Source: the human T2T-CHM13v2.0 reference genome, Homo sapiens
Length of the DNA stretch: 64,000 nt
Direction: 5' to 3' (one strand)
NCBI RefSeq assembly: GCF_009914755.1
Contig: NC_060929.1
Position numbers and translations under genes: made by a program
Shown here: positions 1-12,906 of the stretch, piece after piece
Numbering within the stretch: the stretch's first letter is position 1
Layout: every line of letters begins with the position of its first letter
The notes under the pieces: generated by a model
Told to the model about the DNA's origin: nothing
The model's input: only the letters and a program-made list of their open reading frames with translations
Databases searched by the model: none

Positions 1-99
1 TGAAATATAATTGCACAATATAAGAAATATTCATGAAGTCAATTCCTACGGAATTCCTCTCAGGTCATGAAATCATGGCTAGTACCCCAGAAGTCCTCT

Positions 100-1760
100 G
101 TACCTTCCACCTGATGACGAACTCTTCTCAATTTTAGTTATAGGCATTCTGTTGCTTTCCTTTATAGGTTTGCCCTCTCTGTGTGCATTTTTAAACACTA
201 TAATTTAGTTTTAGGTCTTTTTTATGTTTATACAACAGAATTATAGTGCATGCATTTGTTTCTAGCTTCATTTGCTCAATGTTATGTTTGTGAGAATCTT
301 TTATATTTTGGGAAGTACCTGTAGTAAGGATTATTATTTTTGCATAATATACCATTGTGTATACCACAATGAATGTGTATTTCATTATCATTGGATATTT
401 GGTTTTTTTCTAACTTTTCAGCTACCACGATCAATTTAGCTATGAATATTCTTGTTTGTGTACCTTTGATCACATGTGTATAAGTTTCTTTAGGGAACAG
501 ACCTAGAATGAAATTGCTGAGTAATAGGATATGCATATTTTCAACTCTATTAGATGACGACAGGTTTTAGCCCAAGTGCTTATACCAATGGACATACCAT
601 AACAGTTTCTGAGAGTTCCCATTGATACTCATGCTTGCTAGCATTTGGTTTTGCCAGACATTTTAATATTCTCTTATTGAGGATATCATGGTCTTACTGT
701 GGTCTTAATTTGCATTTCCCTACAGTAAGTTTGGACACTTTTCATGTATTTATTAGCTATTTGAATCTCCTCTTTTAGATGTGTCCATTCAAGTGTTTCA
801 TCTATGTGTGTGTTGTGGGGAGCATTTTTCACCTTTTTCATTTTTATTTGTAAGAGTTCTTTATATATTTGTGATACTAGCCTTTTGTCAATTTTAAGTG
901 CTGAAAACAAACAGATGCCAAAAAGTAAAAACAACAGCAATAACAACAAATCATCAGTGGCTTTTCTTTTTCATCTTACGGTATCCTTTGATGAAGAAAA
1001 TTCTTAATTTTAATGTCACATTTAGCCATTTTCTTCTTTAAAAATAGTGTTTCTTTTCTCTTTTAATATGCTTTCCCTATCCAATAATCATGAATGTATT
1101 TTTCTATGTTACCTTCTTAAAGTTCCCTTCTTCTAATCTCTGAAAGGGTTTGTATAGGTTTGAATTTGTTCTTTAGATTTTTGGTAAAACCCCTTGAGAA
1201 AGACAACTGAGTTTACAGTCATTTTTGTGAGAAAATCTTGAAGTATTGGTTCATTATACTTAATGGTTACAAGACTGTTTAGACTTCTATTTCTCTTTGA
1301 GTCAGTTCTTTCGAATTATATTTTCCAGGAATTTACCAACCTCACCTGTATTTTCCTTTATTGCTAAGGTTTTTTTTTTTTTTCATTCTTTAATATCTTT
1401 TCATATCTGGAACACTTCCAGTAAGGTATCTTTTAAAAATATTGTTACTGGGTGTTTATTCATTCTCTGTTTCATTGGTCCTTATAATCTCACAATACTT
1501 TGTCAGTTGTTCTTTTTAGAAACCAAACTTTTGACTTTATTTTTCTCACGTTTGTCTTCCTTTTCACTAAGTTTGTCTTTCTCTTTATTACTTTCTTTCT
1601 TTTAATTTTTGGGGGTTTAGCTTGTTAACTTTGTATGTATGAACTATATGCTTAGCACATTAATTTCAAATTCTCTTAATTGATATACTGTTTTCTTTAT
1701 TAATTAGTTAAAATATTTTATACTGTATAATTTTTTACTGTTCTATGTGTTATCAAGAAA
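100..1760 (-). mobile_element. Ancient L1 (L1M/L1ME-type) fragments, ORF2 end and 3' region
   Basis: T-rich antisense L1 text. Minus-strand ORF 686..949 reads like the L1 ORF2 C-terminus (DKRLVSQIYKELLQI...QIANKYMK...REMQIKTT). Confidence 0.75.
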
Positions 1761-2292
1761 TATGTTTCTTATTTTCAATCTGTATTATGTTTTTTTCAAA
1801 CATAGTGCAACGTAATACTTGGCAATACATTCAGTTTATGAATAAATAATCACTTTGACCCTTCAAATTATTGAATTGGAAAAAAATTAAGAAGATAAAT
1901 TAGAAAAATTGTTACTTTTTTTTCTCATGGAGGTTATAATTGTCAAAAATATAAAAGTCAAACTACATGAAACTCTGAAATGCACATTCTCTGACCACAT
2001 CTCTATTGGCTCCACACATCCCCTTTTCTGACTTTATTTTCCTTCTACCCCTAGTCCCTGGAGTTTTTCATCTGGGCCCTCTGAAAAATAAGAGTTAGTT
2101 ATCAATGAAATTCTTTGCACATTGAGATCTCTTTTCTGAGCATTTCCTTTACCGTCATGTTGTTGCTGACACCTGGCACTTACTGTCAGTGGAGATTTCT
2201 TTCTTTCACGCTTCTTTTACAATTTGGCCTAGAAGTAGCATAAAGGCCTCTTGGCATCCTTGTTGATGCTATTTAAGTTCTCTTGTCTTAAT

Positions 2293-2392
2293 TCCATCCA
2301 TCCATCCATCCATCCATACATCCATCTACCCACCTATCCATCCATCCATCCATACATCCATACATCCATCTACCCACCTATCCATCCATCCA
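2293..2392 (+). repeat. Imperfect (TCCA)n tetranucleotide microsatellite
   Basis: Directly visible CCAT/TCCA units with TACA and TCTACCCACCTA variants. Confidence 0.95.
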
Positions 2393-2864
2393 CTTATCTT
2401 CTGTTAAACACCTTTTAAATGCCTAGAACTATGATGGACCTTAGAAAAACAACAACGAAGGAGAAATTGTCCAACGGATTGAGGTTATTATTGTTAAGTG
2501 GGAGAGATAGTCCTAAATGGTGAATTACTACATAGAGCTAAATGTTCTGAGACAGTGGAAAGTAGGAGACATTGGAAACACAATGAAGGACATGAATTGA
2601 GGAGCATGTTTTCCTCTGTAAAATTAAGGTTTTGCACTGTATAAACTAAGAGGCCCCTACCAGTAACCCATAAAACACCATATAATTGAGTGCAGAGTCA
2701 TACTTATTGAGTGTGAGAGAGGGCAGTCACACCTCTTTGCTTTGAGTTAATATTTTCAGAAATTTAAGAGCTCATTGTGATATTATCACTTCACACTTTT
2801 AGCATCTTCTTTTTACCCAAGGCTGGGCCATTCCATTCACCCCATATTTAGGCAATATTTTTTT

Positions 2865-3030
2865 TTAACTGTGGAGCCCCTGCATCAGTATCATCTTGCG
2901 GTCCGGAAAAAAAAAATTCCAATATCTTGAATTCTACCTAGACGCACTGATTCTAACTCTCAAAGATTATAACCTATACCTACGACTCTTTAACAGGCTG
3001 CCTAGGTGATACTCCAGAATTTATGCTATA
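2865..3030. mobile_element. MER5A-like hAT-Charlie MITE
   Basis: Motifs tgcatcagtatcatc...agacgcactgattc...tttaacaggctgcctaggtgat resemble the MER5A consensus. Confidence 0.55.
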
Positions 3031-3164
3031 CTAAAAAACTACCTTATAGGCAAAATGTTTATAAAATAAGGCTCTCTGAGTTGTCAGAAATTAAATTGCC
3101 TAGAACAAGATCTAACCCATTAACAAAAATCAGCCTCAAGAGTAGTCTTGTATAGTATGTCATT

Positions 3165-3435
3165 ATTTTATTTATTTATTTTTGTCTTATTTATTTAAAT
3201 AAGAATGCTTAACATGAGACATACCTGCTCAACCAATTTTTACATGTAAAATGCAGTATTGTCACCTCTACATACAATGTTGTATATCAGATTGCTAAAA
3301 CTAATACATCTTGCAAAATTGAAATTTTATGTACATTGATTATCAGCTCCCATTTGCCCCTCCTTCCAGCCCCTGACAATCACTATTCTATTCTTTGCTT
3401 CTATGATTTGACTATTTTAGATACTTCATATATTT
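3165..3435 (-). mobile_element. L1MA-type 3' end
   Basis: T-rich tail, then typical antisense L1MA 3'UTR (cccctgacaatcactattctattctttgcttctatg...ttttagatacttcatat). Confidence 0.75.
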
Positions 3436-4216
3436 AAGAGAAATCACCACAAATATCATTACTGTTAAAGTGGTTTAATTTTAAACCAGTTTTTCTGTTA
3501 AATGGGAGCTACTGATTGAATACTTATACTGATAAAATTCTTATTGACATGGAACTCAGGCTTAAGTTTTCACTCTGTTAATCTCAGAAAGGGTTGTCCA
3601 CATGGACAGACACATAAGGGTTCTATTGAAAAAAGCTGAAATGTAGGTACTCTCCATCATGTAATTCGTTCATATTGGGTGGCAATTTTAGATAAGCGAA
3701 GGTTTCATATATGCATTTGTCAGCAGACTTCAAGAGACTCTCTTTAAGTGTTTGCAAAATATTAGGAGATGGAGGACTCTTGATGACAGGCCCTCGATTT
3801 CCCCAGAACTCATCCTAATTCAGATTTAGGAAACTGGTGCTTTGTAAGACTAAACCATCCGGACTCCTTATAATCTCAATGACACCAGCAAATAATGATT
3901 ATATTTTGTATTTATGTGAGTGCATTATCTTCAAAGAATCTTATGTAGCTGACCATATGATCCTTGTAAGTATCCTGGGAAGTAGATACATTAAACATTC
4001 TTGAAACTGAGGGAAGAGGCATAGAAATATTAAATGATTTGCTCAGAGTCATGCAGCTCGTAACAGCCAACAATATAACTTTGGCCTGTTGATAGTAGTT
4101 TTACCTCATGATGCTTTATTCATGAATAAATTAAATAACTCTAAGAATATCTGCTTGCATAGTGAAGATTTACTACATGGTTAAAAGGAGTAGGGCATTA
4201 AAAACTTATCCTATGT

Positions 4217-5142
4217 GTGGCAAATTATAGTTGGTCACAGATTTTTTGCTATTCCTTCCATTAGTGGGTAGAATGTTGTATTTGTCTGTTCTTGTATTGC
4301 TATAAGGAACTATCTGGGACTGGGTAATTTATGAAGAAAAGAGGTTTAATCAGCCCATGGTTTTGCAGACTATACAGGCTTCTGCTTCTTGGGAGGCCTC
4401 AGGAAACTTACCATCATGACAGAAGGCAAAGGGGAAGCAGGCACATCTTCACATGGCTGGCAAGACAGGGAGAGTGAAGGGGAAAGAGAAGGTGCCACTC
4501 ACTTTTAAATAACCAGATCTTGTGAGAACTCTATTAGAAGACAGCACTAAGGGGATGGTGCTAAACCATTAGAAACCACACCCATGATCCAATCATCTCC
4601 CAGCAAGCCCCACCTCCAACACTGGGGATTACTATTCAACACGAGATTTGGGTGGGGATACAGAGCCAAACCATATCAAGTGTATTCTACTACCTTTGTT
4701 TCTGGCCGGGCCTTAGTGACATGCTTACCCAATAGAATGAAGTGGAAGCCCCATTCTAATGCAAGGTCATAGGAAGGCTTTCAGCTTCTGCTTGACTTTT
4801 GGAACATGCATTCTTAGAGCCCTGAGTCACCACATAAGAAGTCAGACTACTCTGGAAAGACCATGTGGAGAAAGCTTGAGATTCAATGGAGAGGGAGAGG
4901 TGCCCACTGAGTCCAGCCTTCTAGCCTCCCACACCAGAATGTCATCTTAGACTCTGTAGATCTGCTCTGCTGTTAGTTGATGTCTCATACAGCAAAAGAA
5001 TCAGCAGCAGAGCCGTGCTTGAATTTCTGTCACCCCAAATTATGAAATAAAGAAAATAAAATGGTTGTTGTTATAGCCATGAAGTTTTTTTGGGGGTGGG
5101 TCAGTGGGAAGTACTTTGTCACACACAATAAATAACCAGAAC
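4217..5142 (+). mobile_element. MLT1(H/G-like) MaLR solo LTR, interrupted by an MST LTR
   Basis: Starts tgtggca and ends ...aataaataaccagaaca. Internal MLT1 motifs gccctgagtcaccacataagaagtc and aaatggttgttgtt. Confidence 0.7.
4277..4678 (-). mobile_element. MSTB-like MaLR solo LTR
   Basis: tgtatttgtc...ccaaaccatatca termini. Approximate 5-bp TSD aatgt/agtgt. Confidence 0.88.
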
Positions 5143-5439
5143 ACTATTATTAAAAGAAGAAACACTAAAGGAAGTGCCACCAAACTAAGTATGAAACCTC
5201 CAGCAAAATCCCCAGCAGCAGTACTCACCTAAATTTCCATTCTTTCTATTCCAAAATTATTTCTATTATTTAGACTTAGGTGTCACAGTGAACTCTGCGA
5301 CCTTTTAAACTACATAGGTGTTTGGGGTTGAGAGATAAACTGTGTATCATTTGATGCTCTCTGGTTGGCCAGTATTCTACAGATACCTTTTAGACCTCAT
5401 ACTGTCTGCATTGTTTTCATTTTGGTCAACTGCAGTCCT

Positions 5440-6260
5440 CAGGGTAACTCTCCCCACTTTCTCACTGACTTAATTTCTGCTCCTTCCATTGTCATTATCA
5501 TCAGTGAGTTTGTTATCCTGATTCTTGACCCTTCTGTCTCTGTGGTCTCATGATTGTCCAACCTCCTTAATCCTATTTAATTTATCTCCATTTCTCTTTA
5601 GCCGTCCACTGGTAACATTTGTCTTTGACCTAGTCATTCTTGGAAAGTATTTCATCTCATCTTCAATTTGACTCTCTGACAACAATCTCCATCCTCACAC
5701 CCTTAAAATACAGGTATTCTCCAAAGTTTCCCTTAGTTTTTCTCTTCTGTTTATACTATTTCTATTCTAGTGGCTTCCTCATTGACTTGAAGTTGATGAC
5801 CCAGGTCAAGATCTCTCATACCAAGTTAAAAATCACATCCTGGAAAGTAGCCCAAAACCATTATATTCAACATAACATGAATCTTACTATTCTGTTCTTT
5901 TTCTAATATCCATATTTCTATACATTTCACAACAAGTTTTCTATACTCTGAGTTGGAATCCCCAGGCCATCTAAACTCTTTCCCTCCTGAATCTTTAGAT
6001 TCTTTAGCCTCATTTCTTTTTCTCCATTATCACCACCCCAGCAACATTGTGCTTCCCTCAGTTTCTTGAGTAAATCTCAGTCTCTCCGAACTCTGGCTCC
6101 TTCCACATCCAATTCCTTTTCTTTCTTACAATGCTCTTCGCTCTTTCTTCACCTAGCCACCTCCTATTCATCTTCTCTGTGGCTGTCACTTTTTTCTCCC
6201 TAAAAGCCTTTTCCTCTTCCTTTTCACTAATAGAGCTATTCCCCACAATTTTATTCAGAT
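5440..6260 (+). mobile_element. L2 fragments
   Basis: Pyrimidine-rich degenerate text typical of L2 ORF2 and the 3' part. Confidence 0.5.
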
Positions 6261-6391
6261 ACTGGCCACACATACATGTCGTAAGCCTTTCTATATGTAT
6301 AAGAGTTGAATGTTTGTTCATAATAAGTCCATTGTGGTAACTCCATTTTTTCTCACCAGTGACTGGTTTGTGCGTTAGCCCATGAATGATT

Positions 6392-6905
6392 TGTAGCAGT
6401 CCAGGTATATTCAGGAGACAGAAACCATATCGGTTGTTTTAACAGAGAGATACAATATACTCACTAACCAGATACTGGAGAATTGAAAATGGGAAAAATA
6501 GAATGTTAAAATATCATACGGAAAATAACTGCAGGAAGAAGCTATCACCCCTGGGCCTGGAAAACAGGGAGAAAATATCAGAATTATTAAAACTTAGAAG
6601 TACAGAAGAGGGTCTCCATGGAGCTGGGGCCCAGACACCTGCAGAGTAGATTCTGGCCAGCTGATGCTAGTATTTCTGAAAGTGTAATGAGATTGATTCT
6701 GGTAATGGGACAAAACAAAAACTGAAATTATTTTACTGCCCCTCCAGGAACAAACTGTTGCCACCAGGCTTAAGAAACATTGTTGAGGTTATTGTAATGT
6801 AAAAGGCCAACAGAAAACAAACAGGAAAGAAACAATTCCTTCTTTTCCTTCCAGCCTCACAGTCTCCCTCTAGCACCCCTACTGGCAGAAAATACCAGAG
6901 AGCAA
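6392..6905 (-). mobile_element. Old ERVL-type solo LTR (LTR33/LTR41-like)
   Basis: tgtagcagtccagg...caggagacagaaacca...ttttaacagagaga and cttccagcctc...tctccctctagcacccctactggcaga motifs. Confidence 0.55.
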
Positions 6906-7134
6906 GAACTTGGGGCTCCTAATCAATCCCACCCTGAATGCATTTTTTAAATGCCATTTCTTTGGATTGCCCCAGAGATAGACTCCTCATATAACTGCAA
7001 AATCCTCACCATCCTTCATGGTCCTGCTCATCACTGACTGTGTCCATTATACTTTCCAATTTAATATAACCTTCTCTGATTTGTATGCTTCTCTTATGAA
7101 AGTTTTTGTCTCCTGTTATAATGAGTTATGTACA

Positions 7135-7255
7135 TGCCTTGACTCATGGATTTGGAGTCAGACAAAACAAGGTTCAAGTCCAGAGTTCATTACTTAGTAC
7201 CTCTGTGGTGAGTTACTTAAGCTTTCTAAGTCTCAAATTCCTTATGTGTTAGTTT
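7135..7255 (+). mobile_element. MIR SINE
   Basis: Core ggatttggagtcagac...ggttcaagtcc...gagttacttaagctttctaagtctca. Confidence 0.75.
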
Positions 7256-8509
7256 AGAGACACAGACTTTTTCTACAATCTCTGCTCAATAAAATTCCTT
7301 TACTGAATACAGTTTAAAAGGGCTCGGTATATTGTGATTACTTCTCAGACAATATTACAATATCACTAAATGTTGTTTTATTAATATCTCATGGATTAGT
7401 AATTAAGGTATAGGTATGTCACCAGAAATGGTTCTTTGTAAATTTGGTTAATCAAAATAGAAATAAATAAAGTATATTTTCCTTTTTCTTGAGGACTTAG
7501 TATTACTAGAATCCTTCTCATTTCAAGGTTGATAGATTTTTAGTGTTCTAGCCATTGAGAGTTTGACTTACCAAATTTGGATGTATTTTTTCTAATAAAA
7601 ATCAAAGTCCTATCATCTATAGCTTTATAAGTTATAAGTAAATCATGGAAAGATTTAATATAGTTTAAAAAGAACATAATTTATTGTTATGTTTTGTTTA
7701 TAAGGCACATGCCTAGAAGACTATTAGGAGAAAATATAGAATGCTGATATTGTTGAATTTGGGGGATTCAAAGAAATCCCAGGGATTTGTTGGTTAATCT
7801 TCTGTCCTTTCAGAAATTTGCTATTAATCATTAGAAATAGAATTCTTCTAACGTTTCTGCAGCTGTTTCAGACTGGAAGTGGTGCTGCTCCACCAGTCTG
7901 GCTCTGGAAGAGCCTATTGCATTCAACGAGAATGCAAAGGAGGAGAGAACAACATCACCAACCTGGATCTAAGCCAAACTGAATGGGAATTAAAATCCTG
8001 CCGTTTTATTCATATTATAAACAGAGAATGGTCTAAGTAAAATAATAAAAGCTTTGCATAGGCTACAGGGAATTTAATTTTGCCTAAAAGTATAAGCCAT
8101 TTCTAAAATATGGTGAGTTAGGGTGAGAGATTGGGGTAGGGGAGAGTTTGGGGGATAGGTTGGAAAGAGAAGGATGTCAAATGTTGAAACCTAGATTGTA
8201 TATGCATGGTTTAATTGTTCTCTGCAAGCAAAGCTTAAGTTTCCCTGCTATGGTTTAGAGTTTTTCAAGAGTGAATTGCATGTTTCGTAAAAGCAGGTTT
8301 AACCTCTAGTAATAAGGATATAATCTAATCTCCTGCAAGGACTATATTAGGAATATAAAGGTAGTATTATTCCTCATGGTTTGAAAGTGAATGGAAATTC
8401 TACCCCCAGCTCCATCAAGATTGGCTTAACCACCAATGTAAATTACTCTTATTTGGTTATTGATGTCATATGCTAATGCTTTTTGAAGCAAAAACAGACA
8501 ACCAGTTCA

Positions 8510-8705
8510 GCTTTGCAGCAAAGCAGCCATGGGTCTCAGCTCTGTTATAAGCCTGGTGATCATGGGAAAGTTTCTTAATTCCTCAGACTCAATTTCCTCA
8601 TCTGTAAGTAGGCAATAATGCATAGCTTGCAGAGTTGGAGTCCTATAAAGTGCCTAATAGAATTCCCATAACACAGAGAAGAAACTCAATAAGTGATAAC
8701 TAGTA
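8510..8705 (+). mobile_element. MIR SINE
   Basis: gggaaagtttcttaattcctcagactcaatttcctcatctgtaa...taaagtgcctaa. Confidence 0.75.
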
Positions 8706-11499
8706 AAGTTGGCATTGTATTTTTCTTGTGTTTGGGTCTGAATTAGAGGTCCTAAAGATACTTTGATAAAAAAGGTAAAATGTGTTTCTGTGAACCTAAA
8801 ATGTAAGAAGCTTAATGTATTCTCCTCTGTAGAATAGAGTTAAACCAATAAAATGCTTTCAACCGTTTCCACTCTGAACTTGCCCATCATTATGAATTAC
8901 CTTCACTGAAGTTATTCCCATTTAGAGGAATAGCAGTCTCTGTGGAATCAACATCAGGCAAAGCAAAGTTGACTCCTCATCAGGCCTCAGACATTCTTCA
9001 TATTGCAATGGAGAAAACAACAAAAAATGACCCAATTTGACATCTTTAGGAGGAAGCAAAACTATTAGACAAAAAGGTTTTCTGTATGTGATCTTTATTT
9101 TGAAACTGCATGGGAAATTATAGAGCTTGCTTCTTCTATTCTGTTAGCCCCCTGAAGTTAATTGAAGCTAAATTACACAGTGCACATTTAGACAGGAGAT
9201 TCCTAGGAAATGTTTCCCACTGGCTCTCTATAATGTATTATTCTACATGCCAACTTTGAGAATTGCAGAATTGAATAAAGTTCAGCTGGGTCATAAATAA
9301 GGTAATGGCATGTAATTGATTCTCTACAATATGAAAAGTTCCTCTTTCCTTCAAGTTTCTCTGGTCTCAGATCCAATGAGGAGTAGATAGAAATAGACGG
9401 GGGTATGGGGTGTGAGGGGGTTGAGAATCTTGATTCTTTGTAGATAAAATGATTCTCTGTATTCTGTTCTGATTCATGTATGTGCCCAAAGAAATAAAGG
9501 CTAAGAGGCCACTACATTGTATGACAGAACAAATAAAGCTTGTTAACTGTCATTCCATGACATTCCAATATTGCTTCCTTGTTCTCTTTTTTTTTAACTT
9601 GACCATAATATATTTATTTTTACCGAAAAGAAATTGTAATCATACCAAAGTTATTTTTCTCACCCTTTTTTCATTCCCCCTTCTTCTAATCTCATGGTTG
9701 ACTGGGAAAATGAATAAATAAATTCCTAAGGGGCCAATCCCAGAGCCTTTTGATGATACAGAGGGAATCCAGATGTTCACCCTGCCCCCCACCTCCTATA
9801 AAGGGTTTCGTGGAATTTGTTCCTGGTCATAATACACCTCCTAAAAAAGAATTTTCTCCTGCAGTTTTACAGGTATTATTAAATTAAGTTTCCACCTTTT
9901 GTTTCAAATAACAGATGAAATGATATCTTTCAGAGCTGACTTGTTACCTCTAGTGAATACATTCTGCACATTCTCATAGGTATGTGTTGTCAATACACCA
10001 TTTAAGAAAGATTTATATCTAAGATCATTCGTTTCCATTCAGGTCTATACGTTTGTGCCTCTGGCTGGTCACATGGACACATGCTCTGTTCTGCTGCCCT
10101 CTTAGAGGAAAGTAGACACCAGGATAGTCACCAACTTAAGACAATAGATGATAGGATAAGATTTCATTTTGATTGAATTTAATTTAACTCTGCGAAAATT
10201 ATGTTTTTATTGGCTAATTTTAGATACTTAGGTCTCCTAGTTGAAATAGGCCACTTTCTTCTAGTATTTTTTAACTTTAAAACATGTATTTTTATAATTT
10301 GTTTATGAAATATGCTTGTGGCAAGGAAAAGAACCTTCATAAAACCAGTATATATTTATTAATTCTCCTGAACCATGAACTATTTCTTTATATGATCCCT
10401 CCCACCTGGGAAATAACTGACTGAACAAATGGATGTTACCCCATATATGAAAGTTATTTTAAAAACTCCGAAACACAGAAAGTTTTTAAAAATAAAATTC
10501 TTATCACAGGCTTCCAAGGGAAAGCACCCAAATTCCAACCTGTAGAAATGCAAGGCCAATAGACAAAAAAGAAGAAAGAATAGGCTCCAAGGAGTCCTAG
10601 GGTGAGATACAGAGATAATCTCCTAAGCAGGACACTCTCATATTAGAAGAGCAGTTGAAACAGGAAAGTCAATAAAGAATAATAGTTTAGTAACTGATTT
10701 CAGGAAACAAATCATTCTGAACCCTATTTTATGGATGAATGAAACTCTGAAATTTGAGATAGGGCTTCACGAGTTTTAGGGCAACAACTAGCAAATAAAA
10801 GCACAGCTGGGACCCTTGCTTTAAAAAAGCCTGGATTTTCTTAGTGGGTTAATAATAGTAACAGTTCTTAAGATAAAATCATTTAGAAATGTAAAGTTGG
10901 TTGACATTTTGTATATTTGCCTAACTGACTATAGAAATTTAATATATAGTATTCTATTTGCAGGAGAAAGGAAGAAAAAAATTAAAAGAATGTATAAACG
11001 ATCCAAGGTAAAACAAAATCTCTGTCCAAGTTTTTCTGAAAATATAGGTTATGTTTGAAGAATAAAAGCTTTCAATTATTACATTCTGGCGCTGCCAAAA
11101 GAGCAAACACAAGATGACAGTTAAATTTATGAGACTGTCAGTGTTGTTTTACCTAAAACAGAACTTTCCTCCCATATCTATTCTCACCCTCTGAGATACG
11201 GGATTAAGATGCTATTCTCACATTCAGGAATAAGGGATTAATCGTTCTCCACTGTTATTTCTTATTTTTTATAGCTCTATTACAGTGCTCCATTGAGAAT
11301 ATAATATTACATGTAAAACTACAGGAGAAATCTCATCAAAGAGTTAATGAACAAAAAGATGTAAGAAAAGAAAACTCTGTGAACCACAGAATATATTTAA
11401 AATGCCTCATGTCATTTACTTAAATGCTTTATATGATTAGAAAAATACAAAGAGGAGACTTGGTAGAAAATAATTTTTGTACCAGACATGTCAATCACA

Positions 11500-11983
11500 G
11501 GGATTATCTTGCCCACAGCCTTTGCTGAGAGTGCAGCCATGACCAGATTTATTTTGGATCATGAAACCCTTCCCAGATGACCACAACTGATTAGACCAGG
11601 GATGGGCACCTCACCCAAGTGCTGCCAATCCATAGATGGGGCAGAGCACATTACTTTGTCAAGTGTAAAAAACCCTTTCCAAATTGGAATGCTAGTAATT
11701 ATCTAGATCTATCAGATGCTCCTTCTCTGAGGAATTTGACCTGGGAATATGAAAAGAATCAAGTAGACAGCAACAAGAATGAAAGTAAATTGATACAAAG
11801 GGAAGTACACATACTTAGAATAGCCGCAGAATGATAATGCTACTGAGGTAACCAGAGCTGCCTGCAGACTAGAGGACTTTTCAGATCCAGTATCAATCAC
11901 ACTGGGCTGAGATCCCTGCCAAAATTCCCTCTCTCTTATTGTCACACATATTCTTGCAATAAACTTCCATTACAAGAGGTAGC
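11500..11983 (+). mobile_element. Old LTR (LTR16/MLT1K-like)
   Basis: gggcacctcacccaagtgctgccaatc motif. AATAAA near the 3' end. Confidence 0.45.
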
Positions 11984-12839
11984 TGTTGACAAGAAAAACC
12001 AAACTCTGTAAAATATTTGAAGAGATTTATTCTGAGCCAAATGTGAGGACTGTGACCCATGACATGGCCTCAGGATGTCCTGAGAACATATGCCAAGATT
12101 ATTGGGTTACAGCTTCATTTTATACATTTTAGGGAGACATAAGACATCAATCAATACATGTGCAGTATGCACTGGTTTGGTCTAGGAAGGTGGGACAACT
12201 TGAAGCTGGGGGCTTATAGGTCATAGGTGGATTCAAAGATTTTCTGATTGGCAGTTGGTTGAAAGAGTTAAGTTATTAAATAAAAACCTGGAATCAATAG
12301 AAATGAGTGCCTGGGTTAAGATAAGGGATTATGGAAATCAAGGTTCTTATTATGTAGATGAAGTCTCATAAATGTTTCCTATTCAGGCTTTTAAAAGGTA
12401 CTAGACTCTTAACTAATCTCCTCAGGATCAGAAAAATATCTAGAATAGGAAAGAGATTGTCTACAGTAGGTAAACTTCCCCCACAAGAGACAGCTTTGCA
12501 GGATCATTTCAAAATATGTGAAATAAATACATTTTGAGTAAAATATTTTGATTTCTTACAGGGCCTGCTATCTGTCATGTGATGCTATACTAGAGTCAGG
12601 TTGGAATTTGGTATCTTATTGCTAAAAACAGTCTGTTAGTCTTAAGATCTCTGTTTTAATGTTAATGCTGGTCAGCTGCACCTGAATTCCAGCGGGAGGA
12701 AAGTATAATGAGGCATGTCTGACCCCTACTTCCCATCATTGACTGAACTAGCTTTTCAGGTTTCTTTGGAGTCCTCTTGGCTGAAAGCAGGGGTCCATTC
12801 AGTCAGCTGGGGGGCTTAGAATTTTATTTTTGGTTTACA
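11984..12839 (-). mobile_element. MER4(D-like) ERV1 solo LTR
   Basis: TG...CA termini. Reverse complement starts tgtaaaccaaaaataaaattctaagcccccc. Exact 4-bp TSD TAGC (11980-11983 / 12840-12843). Confidence 0.88.
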
Positions 12840-12906
12840 TAGCCTCAGGGAATCCTGAATTCTTGAAGTCAAAATAGCCTCAATCAAAAGAGGGTGAGAT
12901 CACTGT

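Noticed and set aside
2293-2392. Periodic repeat as a CRISPR-like array
   Set aside because: Simple tetranucleotide microsatellite without unique spacers, in eukaryotic DNA.
8121-8154. Four G-tracts, possible G-quadruplex
   Set aside because: Long loops (9 and 7 nt); such motifs are common and there is no supporting context.
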